Made by a program: the position numbers and the translations under genes. Positions 38,593-50,640 of a stretch of DNA of 64,000 nucleotides are shown one piece after another; position 1 is the stretch's first letter; each line of letters starts with the position of its first letter. The stretch is from Saccostrea cucullata. Lineage: Eukaryota. The notes under the pieces were generated by a model that ran no database searches, was not told the origin of the DNA, and saw only the letters and a list, made by a program, of their open reading frames with translations. Location: NCBI RefSeq assembly GCF_032062105.1, contig NW_026940097.1:1-64000 (forward strand), in the 5' to 3' direction.

Positions 38593-41500
38593 GGTATAGC
38601 TGCAGATTTGTAGCGTTATGGTTTTATATATTTGTCTTTGACCATAACGCTACAGATCCCGTAATGCAAAAAAGGTGCAATTTACGGCGCAATATTTTCG
38701 AACACTTCTGGTGAGAATTTCTCATCCTTCCAGCATCGGTCAATTAACTACCTTTCAACCCCTAATTCTAGACACATTATTTAACTATCAGTATATTTTA
38801 TCCATTCCCCAACCCTTTACAGTCGTCTCTACGAGTGATAAACTCGCTTGATTATAATTATTTGTTAGATTGCTGAAAATTAACTTCAAGCGAGTTTATC
38901 GCCTGTTGAGACAGCTATAAATGGTTGGGAGGTGGATAAAATACACATATTGGCTACAGAATGTGTCTATAATTAGGGAGTGAAAGGTAGTTGATTGACC
39001 GATGCTGGAAAGTGGAGAAATTCTCCCCAAAAGTGCGTAAAAAATATTGCGCCGTAAATTACACCTTTTTGCATCACGGGATCTGTAGCGTTATGGGAAA
39101 AGAGTACCAATTATTCTCCCATAGAACTCTAAAGAAACATTTTGTCCTCTCACTACTATACTAATTTAATTTCAGATCATTCCTTGACATCATTTGAAAC
39201 TTTAATCCAAGCGCTTATAAAAAATCCCGGAAAAAAATATAGGGCCCCATGGCGTTTATAGGTCAAAATTGCAGTTCTTTAAAACTTATAGGTATCGGTA
39301 GTAGATAACGCTCTGCAAAAAAAATCAACCCCCACTCCTACAATCTCCCCTGGTATTTCTATATTCTCTGTAATATTTCTACATTCCATCATTTATTTCA
39401 ATTATTAGTATTTTTACTTTAAAATGAAAAACATTACATACCTCATTTCAGCCAATCAGGTAATGCCGACCTATTCAGTACTCGACTCTACATTGTGCCA
39501 CAAATAAAGCCATGTGCTTATCCGGGGATTTGGTATTCTCATTCCTATACTTACGTATTTATCTCTCCCAGAATTAGTCAATTTTGTAATTTCAAGGACT
39601 TTATACTTACCAATGTATATGCATAAAATTTTAGGCCTGTCACTTCAGTGTATTGGAAGCTGTGACAATCTTAATCAATGACACCTCCCTCCACTAAGTA
39701 GAATTCCAGGGGGTGAAAAACTGTCATTTCTATGTTGAGATCTGGATACAGTTGTGACTGTAATGAATAAAATAATTTATAAATTGCATAATCTTGCTTT
39801 TTAGTGTCAATTAAATGATATAAAGTCACATTTGTGTCATTTTTTTCATAAGGGTGGATTCTATGCAGAATTTAAAAAAGGCTAAAAAATTTGATCAAAT
39901 ATAGCTAAATAAGCAAAATTGAAAGGCTTTAAAAAGACTGATTCTGATTTTTCTTTATGTCTATGAAAAGTAAACTATTTGAGACTCTGATATGCTAATT
40001 GATTCTTATCTAACCCCTCATGTTGCTTAAGTATGTGTAAAAAAATCTCACCACCCCCAGTGAAAGACACTTAGAGAAATAGCAGGTGCCCCCTGTTATA
40101 TTTGTTTACAACAAATTTAAATGAGAGGAAATCAATCCTTTTGATAATAATTGAAAGTTCAGTATCTACAGTCTTATACAGTACAATCTTAATCTACATG
40201 ATGGGATTTTATGCATAGAAAGGGCGAATTTAGATCAATTTTTCAAAAATAAGAAGTGCAATAATTTTGACTTTAAATCCCAAAATGAACAACATAATAA
40301 GAGGCTGGAATGTTAAAAAGTGGAAAATTTACCTGCTATGTACAGAAAACTGTCCAACAAAATATATCGGGTGGGTAGCGAGTCTCCGTCTTCTCCTTGT
40401 ATAGAGAAAATGCCCATGCTGAGCAGGTACCCTACTCTCCCGGGGCCGAGGAAGCTGAAAGATGAAAGTCCTCTACAGTGCTCAAATCAAAATAAATCAG
40501 AAAAGTTAGTCAAATCAAATCTTAAGCATTTATTTAACAGCAATATTTTTCATGTTTTCTAGAAAATAAAAAAAATTACATGCCTTCTACATTGCTTATT
40601 ATTTTAAAAATGTACCCCCAAAGGGTGGGGTACATGTTACATAATATTACATGAAATTACATGTAAATGCAAAAAGGCCAAATCTTATACATGCATTTTT
40701 AAGTCATTCCAATAATTCCTGGAAAAAATCAGAAGTCTAGGTTCTCAACAATAAAGATTTTATGATGTTGAAATTCTACATGTCTGGTTTGTAAGCCTAA
40801 GGGAAGTAAATCTAATTACAAAAACTGGAAAGCAATAAAAAATGAGTTGCCGAAGGCCACGCTGAAGAAAAAAACATGCAGCAAGAAAGGGAAAACACAG
40901 ACCTTTGTGTAGCTACACCAAAGAAACAACTTCACTACAAATTCAGTACCCTGCAGTCCAAGTTAAGCAATCCAGAGAATCACACACACTACCAGCCATC
41001 AGATGTCAAGAGAGAAAAGTGTGCAACTTTGACATGACCACTATAGAATGCCCTTTTTAGCTTCTCCAGAATTATTTGAAAAGATACCGTATGCAACCGT
41101 TAAAGAAATGAAATGAAATAAACACCAGGTCACAGCCCCTACAATGTCATACATGTACATATATATAGAACACAACACATAAATACACACATGTAAATAC
41201 ATATAATATTAACGTACATGCATATATTTTTACAAACTTACTTACACATAAATATTTATCATAAGAGCAATCTGATGCACTTTATTAACTTACTCCCCTC
41301 CTCGGACAATATCAAATGCTCCAGGCTATACTAATATGTACATTCTACTCACTACACCCCCCCCCCCCTTTCAAAATTCCTCTCAAATCTCAACACACGA
41401 AAAACAATTCCATTTTTTTGCTATTTACCTCTCGGTCTGCCATCAATATTCGGATAAAGAGCAAAAAATCACTTTTCATGACTTTAAGTTCACTTTACAT

Positions 41501-42030
41501 TTTAAAAATTGGGGTCTCTATAGGTAAAAGAGTACCAATTATTCTCCCATAGAACTCTAAAGAAACATTTTGTCCTCTCACTACTATACTAATTTAATTT
41601 CAGATCATTCCTTGACATCATTTGAAACTTTAATCCAAGCGCTTATAAAAATCCCGGGAAAAAAATATAGGGCCCAATGGCGTTTATAGGTCAAAATTGC
41701 AGTTCTTTAAAACTTATAGGTATCGGTAGTAGATAACGCTCTGCAAAAAAAATCAACCCCCACTCCTACAATCTCCCCTGGTATTTCTATATTCTCTGTA
41801 ATATTTCTACGTTCCATTATTTATTTCAAATATTAATATTTTTACTTTTAAAATGGAAAACATTACATACCTCATTTCAGCCAATCAGGTAATGCCGACC
41901 TATTCAGTACTCGACTCCACATTGTGCCACAAATAAAGCCATGTGCTCATCCGGGGATTTGTTACTCTCATTCCTATATGGTCAAAGTCAAATATAAAAA
42001 ACCATTACGCTACAGATCTGCAGCTACATC
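38593..42030. mobile_element. Foldback (palindromic) element with about 260-bp arms, right arm interrupted by 39097-41976
   Basis: 38593-38851 is the imperfect reverse complement of 38886-39096 plus 41982-42030. Confidence 0.88.
39097..41976. mobile_element. Non-coding 2.9-kb insertion with about 452-bp terminal direct repeats, flanked by TATGG
   Basis: 39097-39548 matches about 41525-41976 at roughly 97%. TATGG at 39092-39096 and 41977-41981. The opposite foldback arm shows the uninterrupted site. Confidence 0.85.
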
Positions 42031-42709
42031 ATGTATATATGACGTAAAATGACGTTACAATCAGAAATTTCGAAATGTCTCATGCAGTGTGATTTCCATA
42101 CGCAATAAGTTATGTGACCAATTGTTTATCATTTGAAATTGTATTTTAATTAAATTACTTTTTTATATAAGGAAATACTTCGGCAAACGTAAATATTTCT
42201 GTGTGAATATTTCAAAGATCTATTTTTTATCGTTTATTGAACTGCTGAATTTTTCGAAACCTCCAGCCACCCCATCTGCCACCGATGTTTGTTGTTTCTT
42301 TTTGTAAATATTTCTTTATTAGAAGCGTCATTTTTTCCCCGTATTTTCAGTGGGAGATATCGTTTTGTTTGTGAAAGGCATCGGTTTTTCTATAAACGTT
42401 TTTCCTGAAAAGAATCATTTTTTTTGTGAAAACAATTAATTTTTTTATTCATATTTTATTTATATTCCTAGTGAAAAGTATAGATTTCTTTGTGAAAAGC
42501 ATCTTCTGTAAAATGTATATTCACATGTCAATTGAAAAGGAAAATTTTGCTTGTGTAAAGCATCGCCTCTCCAATAAAATTTTTGTGGAGAGTATTACCT
42601 TTTGGAATTAGCGTAGCATTTTATATTTACGACGTTTGTGGAAGATCTCTTTAGAAGAATAACAAAGCCATTTCTACTAAGGTTTTGCATGAAAAGTATC
42701 ACTCGGGAA

Positions 42710-43190
42710 GAAATAATACACAACTCGTTGGATAAAAAAAATCATTGAAGATTTAATACGCTAAGACAAGCCCCATTGTGACGTCGTAATTGTGTGTACG
42801 AAAAATATCCAATAAATCAGATCCACGGAATAAAGGGGTAAACCTTTGAAAAATATAGGATCTCACATGATTTGCAGTTGGACATGATTTTTATCAAACA
42901 AGCTGTGTGTTCTATATCCCCAAGCACTGGTAGGGGATTAAAACATGAAACGAGTTGGATAAAAAATCATATTCAGCTACAAATCATATGAGATTAATTT
43001 TATATAATGTTTTATACACCACTATCAATGTTAATACTGTTTTTTTTATTTAAGTGACTCCACTTCATTTTATTCAATACGATAACCAAAAAAAAAACCA
43101 TTGTGACTGTGGGATATCAAAAAGAAATATCCAATGAGTCTTATACATGGGATAAAGGGGTAACACAGGATTAGAAATGATATTGTAGAG
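42710..43190. mobile_element. Candidate non-autonomous Crypton-like hairpin element
   Basis: Imperfect inverted repeat 42860-42921 / 42933-42994 plus direct repeats at 42773-42842 and 43099-43163. Confidence 0.45.
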
Positions 43191-44116
43191 TGTATCTTTC
43201 TTTCTAGTTTATTCTCAGCATTGAATGTCTATCTCATTTTCCCAATTATCACCGTTTATCATTATTGATCAGTTTACCAAAAGGGAAAGTAACGTTTATT
43301 GAACTGCTGAATTTTTGAACTCACCAGCCACCCCATCTGCCACCAATGTTTCTTATTTCTTTTAGGTTGACATATGACAGGCAGCGGCTGTTTGTTATTT
43401 TATTCTGATATTGGCTGTGTATTATTTTGTTTTAGCCACCTTTAATGATGACAGGACTGTTTGTTATTTTTTACCCACCTTTTTGATGGCAGCAGTTTAG
43501 AGAATTCCGTGTATTTTTTTAAACTTATGATGTTTACAAGGGGGTCAACTTGAAATACATGTACATTGTACCTTGTGAGAGATTACAGGATTAGAATTCT
43601 TATTCTGGTCTGGTTGTGTATTACTTTGCCTAAGATGTGTAATACTCTATATTTTGAGTTCCCTTCCACTGACCTCCATTTAAAATGTTAACCGTGTTTT
43701 ACTTCTTCCGTCATTAACGTTAATAAATAACTTATTTCACTTCTACATGATGTCATTTGTTTTTGTCCTGCTTTTAGCAAAAAAAAATATGCTCAGTCGT
43801 ATGGCAAGGGAACTAAGAAACATTTTATTACAAATTATATAGTTTTATTTGTGTTTGACCGAAACCAAGCACTGAATATTTTGTTCAGTTGAACATATAC
43901 CTCTTTCAATTGCATTCATCCTTCAAGGTGACGATTTTTTTTAACATTGAATCAAGCGTACATCGAGGCTTTGATAATTAATGTTGAGAATGAGGAACAG
44001 TGCCCTCGATCTCGTGGTAACACGCTGCTTGGTTTTGAAACAAAGACCCAGAGCTACGTTAAAGGACTCATCTACAACATGTTCAAATAACACAAAAGAT
44101 AAAAAAAATATGTATA

Positions 44117-44780
44117 CGAGAGCTGTTCAATAAATAATGTCCTCGGTGCTCGGAAAGAAGAAAAAGACGCTTTCAAATAATTTATTCTTAATGATTTAAC
44201 TTACATATTCTTTCTTGTTTAAAACACATGACCGTAACATTTTTATCTAATTTCTGATTGTTTTTAAAAAAAATTTTGAGTATGGCCCTTCGTATATGGG
44301 ATATGGCAAATCCTATGATTTCCTGGACCTGTTTCTTCTGTCTAAAAATGTGTTTTTTTTTTCAAAAAAAATGAACCAAGTCAAAGGGTGACAGAACTGG
44401 CGAACATTGTTTGTCTGACAAAACAACTCTCTATTTATTTACAAAACACGTTTACTCTCCGGCGAGTGTGGGTTTGAAGGCTTTTATGAAGGAATCTTAT
44501 GTGGTGGATTCCTGATTCTGGTTGCGTACCCTCTTAAACTTTTCGACTTTTTGAAAAAAAAAATGCTTTCTAGACGTCTGCAGAAAATGAGTTACCTCCC
44601 AGAATAAGAATCATTTGAACAAGACCTCTCATATTTAAGAAAATGGCATATTTAAAATAATTGTTTAGATATTTTACACGCTGTCGCGTCACTCATTTTT
44701 TTCAAAGCATAGGGTGACCATTGAGTATAACGGTTTTTTTTTCTGTCAAATGTGCCTTTAAAACAGTGTGAATTACCCCC
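44117..44780 (-). pseudogene. Highly decayed mariner element
   Basis: TA|CGAGAGCTGTTCAATAAATAAT terminus; minus-strand CSPVLSPFDL at 44377-44406 resembles YSPDLAPxDF. Confidence 0.55.
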
Positions 44781-46397
44781 AAATTGATACCTATCAAATT
44801 TGCTATGTGTCTTAACTCTTTACAAGTTACTGAACTGTTATGCAACTTACGCTTAATGTTTACGTCATAGAAATATGACGTGACACTTTCCCCGCAAGCA
44901 CTTTATAGCGCAGTACAAGTTTATCTAAAGTTTAGCGTAAATCATATTATGACAAAATATATTAATAAGATTATATTAACTTTTCTTATTTTATCAGATT
45001 TTTGCAAGTATCAAATAGAAGGACACTAAATGCACTTTTGAAATGGTATATGCGTAAAAATGCGTGACTGTGGAAGGGTTTTAATGTCAATAAAACATTT
45101 ATGATATAATTTGGTAAACAGAACATTGGTTGTTGTAAGTCCTTGTCACAAAGTACGGTACCTATTTTTGATACCCATTATATCATTATTGTTCCTTGAT
45201 ATCCACCTGTTCATGTGTCTATAAAACAGACATTTTTGCTGTATATTTCACGATTTTCAGCGAATATTTCTCTGGTATTCTTAAAAAAGCGTTTAATTTC
45301 ACTATGTTTTACTGATTCTTTAACATTCATTTTTAATGCAGTGTCTCGAATAACCCCTGTTTTCCAGCTTCTCACAAAGAAAATTTGCGATGAAAAGTGG
45401 TCATATAACTTGATTTTAATTCATTAAAGCTTCAATCATAAGAGTAAGTCAAGCTTAATGTCATACGATGTCTCTGTTGTATGTAATAAAGTCCATGTAA
45501 TTATTTATTAAACAGCCCTCGTATATTTTCATCATTGTCTGTTGGTCTTTTCTTTTAAAATAACATGCTACTCCACTTATCTTTACATTTTCATGTCTAT
45601 AATCGACAGCTTGCAGATTTGCAACTGGGGAAACATCTTTTCTGGTAACAATAATTGAGAAATTAGTGATTAGTAAACAAAGATTAATGACCAAATATAT
45701 ATATATATATATATATGGAGGTTTTATGTATAAAGGAGACCACTCATCCACATATATATACATTAGGGGGACACGGATATTGAGGGGACACCAAATTGGT
45801 CCCCTTAATGTTTAAGCTTGAATACCTAAATTACAGAATGATCCAGTAAGCATTAGTTGTAAACTTTAAATAAAGTTTGACATGATCTTACAAAATTTAA
45901 TTACATTTAATTTTTTTAAGTATGGAAAAGGTATATAAATAGCATCCAATTTTCAGCATATATATTTTTAGGTAAATTAATTTATGCTTTAAGGACACCA
46001 CTAAAAAGTCTCTTTATTTTTCTTATTTCCCATATATAAAAATAAATCTGCTAATTCATGCATTCATTTATGGTGTCTTTAAGCTTAGGAACACGATTTT
46101 ACATATTTTTTAAAACTGGTTAAAATATTTATTTTTTCTTCACCATGAAACGCATGACATTTCTGTTTCGAGTCGTGCTATGGTCATCCGGGTATTTCCA
46201 GGGAAGGACGCTACAGAGTATAGAGTCATGTTCAAGGGCAGTATGTGATTTTTTTTAAATGGTAAGTTTATTTGCTAGGTGTATTTTGCTGAGTATGAGA
46301 ATTTATGTAAATGTTGACAGTTAGATTAAGATATTAAATCGCGAGATATTTATTATAGTTAGCCAACTAAAGTAACGGCGTGTATCACCAAACCATG

Positions 46398-46745
46398 CAG
46401 GCACGTAGCATCGTTTTTGAAAATGGGGGGCCAACCAGAGATTTCTTTTTCACCTGAAAAAGTTGACAAGCAAAAAAAAAAAACAAACAAACAAAAATTA
46501 AAAGTTCCCCGAACTCGAAAATCCTATTTCGTGACGTTGGATGGGTGGGTGGGTGGGGGTATGACCAACTTCTCGAAGCCAACTTACTCTCACTTCCAAT
46601 TTTTTTCTGTACGATCCTTGATATCTCTATACTATGTTATAAAGTGGGGGTTGGGTGGGGGTCACCATCCTTTCAATGAACATTTACTATAGTCAAGGTC
46701 ATGTTGGGCAACAAAGTGCCCCCCCCCCTCCTGCGGATGCTAAGT
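46398..46745 (+). repeat. Poly-G/poly-C-rich interspersed repeat (relatives at about 61930-62220 and 63580-63915)
   Basis: Shared GTAGCATCGTTTT..GGCCAACC and TTCAATGAACATTT blocks among copies. Confidence 0.6.
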
Positions 46746-48291
46746 TGGGATGTGGTTTCTGATGTTCATCCAACATGTACATGGTCATGATGATGTATTG
46801 TTGGATAATTCACAATTTATTGCAAATTGAAAACCAAATGAAGCTTTTTTTTTAAATTATGTCGGTCAATAGACGTTTATTGTACCTTTTTTAAGTATTA
46901 GCTAGGTGACAATATTACCTTCAATATTCGCTATGTTTAGAGAAAATTCAAGATAGAGATATTGCTAATTCATACTCCAAGGCCCTAACATGCGAGTATC
47001 CTTTATTGCCGAAAAATACCACATTTTTCTTTGACATATCCAGCTACACCAGTCCGGGCTAAAAATAAACCCCGTCCATGACCTTGGGTAAACAGGAAGA
47101 ATTATTGCCGCTTATATCATTTCCTGATTATTCACCAACTAATCGCTAAACGAACCAACAACTATTAAATTAATGACAATTAAAGGTCAAAACATGTCTT
47201 GAATCTAAAATAATTCATTTAGAAACGCAATTTGAATGTCTTATTTTAAACTTTTGCTGGCCTATTTTTTTTTCGATGTTGCTACGACCTCCTGCGTTAA
47301 ATAAAATAACATGTGCTTTGTCGGAACTGACAATAATGACCGAAACACTATTTTTCCAAGTGAACGCATTACCATGACAGATAATAGAGAGAAAAGTATA
47401 AACCTCATCCACTGCAGAGCTTTGGAAAACACATGTTTAACCAGTTTTTGCATGTATTTTGCTTGTGCACGTGAACCAGCCTTCAAAATTTCCTTACAAC
47501 TTGGTGGGCGGAGTTCTGTGGTTAAGTGGCTAAAGCCGAGAGACTAGAGCCCAATGGTGTACTTAAACATCGATCACAGTAACTGGATGTCATTGGTCAG
47601 TGTCATTTGGATAAGAAAACTCTTTAAGAATCTTCTTCTCAAGAACAACAAACCCATGATTGGTCATATATTTTAATGGAAGCATCCCAAGGACTGATAT
47701 TTCTGCTTTTTCCTAGCCAGAATGCTCAGGTGAGCACATTTTCATTCATTTCATGATAAGTATTTTGAATTTCAGGTAAATATCAGTATCTCGAACATGG
47801 GATATCTAGAATACCCCGCTTATGTTGAAGACGGAAGTCGATAGCCGGTCCCTGCCGATTTCTCAATATTAAAGATTTAAAAAACACCGGATATCTTGAA
47901 TACCCTGCTCATGTAGAAGTATATTTTAAGTCCCAGGCCTTTTTTTATCTGGCTTATCTCGAAGTGCAGCGAATTTTTCGGTCTACTGAATACACCTGGC
48001 AAAATGAGTTAATTAAAACATTCTCACCAGTGGCTATTAATACTTGATATCGCGATTACTTAACTTAGCGGAACTCTTTCGTGAAGGAGGTAGGAATCGT
48101 CTGTTGGATGGGGGCAATTTGCTATTCAATACAATGCAAGATCGATTATTGTAGCATTTATAAGGACAGATAAGTAAAAAATCCAGGTGGAATACCTCGC
48201 AGCTGCTAAACAATCGCTGAACCAGTCAAATATATTTTATGATATAAAATATATTTTACCAACACCAACTTGGGTGTTTGGTGTACATTAA

Positions 48292-50365
48292 GGTAGGTCG
48301 CGGTTTGCTTTTGTCATCAATTTTGGTACACAATTTTGACGATTTGAGCGGTTGTTTTGTGCACAATAGCCACAATTGATTATGACGTCAGTTACGTCAT
48401 AAAGGCAATGTTACGTTGTAAGAGTGCAACGATAAACCGTTTATCGGTATACCGCGGTTTATTTTTCCACGGTTCGGTTCACGATACGTGAAACTGATAT
48501 CACGGTTCGGTTCAATCGGTCCGTAAATATCCGAACCGTCTGTTTTGGTTCGTCATTTACAATTTCAAAATGGCATCCGCACGAAACATGAGGTCAATGA
48601 AACTGCAGAAACGGCAAATAAACTTGTTTCCAGTTTCATTTTTATCAGGTCGAAGGATGTTATCACTTTCCTAGTGTTAGTGTAATGAGCATTTGATAAA
48701 ACTTTTGAGTTTAAAGTATATGATGACAAACGTCTGACTTTTTAACCCAGTATGTCATGTACCGTGATACGTATCGAACCGTGAACTGAATACCGTGATA
48801 CGTATCGTATCGTGGGGTAGGCGTACCGTTGCACCCCTATTACGTTGTTTCATTCAATGTTGAAGCATTTTTTATCTCGAATTTTCTGAATTAGGGTAGG
48901 GTGGTGTAATTTCGACCGATTATTTTTTTGTACTTAAGATTTGTTAAAGTATGTCACTGTTATGTTATGTTACAACTTTAACTGGATCCTTTTACCTTCC
49001 AAATACCTTTTATCTTTCAGATTACATCAATTTTGTATATATTTTTGGTCATAATATGAAATAAATGCGTTTGATTTACAAGATACGCATGTTGGGTAAT
49101 TTCGACCGCACACGGGGTATTTTCGACCGATGAGCCATCATAAAGGAAAAAAATGACGTCAGCTCTAATATATTTAAAAAAATATTAATTTAAATTTAAC
49201 TGCTGTACAGCATAAAAGATTGAGTAAAAAATACTAACAAAAAATACAATTTTTCTATTAAATGTACTTCGAAGACATCGAGTGCACCAGTTGTCTATGT
49301 CGCTGATATGCCAATTAGTTAAGGCATGCTATACAAATGTACATGTACAGGCATCTGAACCGCATGTGAATAAAACAAATGATTTTTCACTATTTTGATA
49401 CTTGCTTCTACCAGGTAGTAATGTACATAATTCTTATCCTAATAATTGATTTAGAGCCATATACTAAAGCTTGCGACTACCGGTAATATAGAAAGAACAT
49501 TGCAGGCCCTCTCCCCAACCCCCCACCCCGGCCCACTTATTTCCTCATTATAGGGATGTTTAACCTACCGTTTTCAAATTAAGTGATCAAATTTTTGTTT
49601 TATGCCTGAAATCTAGGCCTATTGACCATGCATTTCCTAAAAATACAGGTACTAATATTTTTTTCACTCGCGGTGAAGATTGTCGCTGCATGTTAGTGGC
49701 ACTGCACGAGGATTATTTATACCGTTCATTCTGACTTTGTGATCAGAATATGAATTACACAACACTAGTGAAAATAAGTTGCTGGTCATCCTAATATGTC
49801 TCTGCAATAAATTAAATGATGAATATATAAAATTAAATTTTGTATCGATATCACCTTTTAATTCTTGCACATTCCATTGGTCTATATATTTATACTCGTA
49901 CTGTAAACGTGACTACGTTTAACAAATGACGTTGTAGATATGAATAACGCCATAAACGTCAAATTTTAGCATTTTAAAGGAAAAATTTGAAATTATTTAG
50001 CAAAAAATCTAGCGAGTAGACATATTGATTTTTTTTATAATAATGGTTTTGATTTTACCTCATCTTGACATTTTGAAATTCCTGAATAATTCGTCTACGT
50101 CTTTAAAAAGTTATCTAACCTTTTTAAAAGAAAATATTTTCACAAAATTGGCTTAAAAACGTCATTTTCTTATAGATTTCAATGGTAAAAGCGTCAAAAA
50201 GGATTAAAAACTATACCGCGTTTACAGTACTATAACATTAAAACTACTTAGGCAAATTTAATAAAAATTGCAGATGATACGCTTTAAATTCTAAGGAACA
50301 TTTTGTCAAATTTTCAGGATATGTTTTCTCGTAAGAATTTTTATGCAGTAAACCCGCGACCTACC
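48292..50365. mobile_element. Kolobok-like non-autonomous element with TTAA TSD and nested insertions
   Basis: TTAA|GGTAGGTCGCGG...CCGCGACCTACC|TTAA. Confidence 0.85.
48419..48839. mobile_element. hAT-type MITE with 8-bp TSD
   Basis: TTACGTTG at 48411-48418 and 48840-48847; ends TAAGAGTGCAACG and CGTTGCACCCCTA; subterminal CGGTT/ACCG/CGATAC repeats. Confidence 0.9.
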
Positions 50366-50561
50366 TTAAGTCTACGACGCATAAAACTAACCTGACTTTG
50401 CTGCAGTTCAGAAATTAAATACAGTATTACCGATATTGCAATTAATTATATACTCTGTATGATTAAGAATCGTAGTTTCATAAAACACCAATTTTTTTCA
50501 CAATAAACTTAAATAAAACAGTCAACTTGCATTGCATAATGCACAGTGCAATGATTGATTA

Positions 50562-50640
50562 GGCCAAACAAAAAAAATAACTTTGTTTACTGTTACATGC
50601 TGAAATAAAATAGGGTCGGTAGGTAGGATTTTTTTTATTG
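50562..50640. mobile_element. Left end of a Zator-like MITE
   Basis: TTA|GGCCAAACAAAAAAAATAAC..TAGGGTCGGTAGGTAGG. Matching end not found. Confidence 0.4.
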
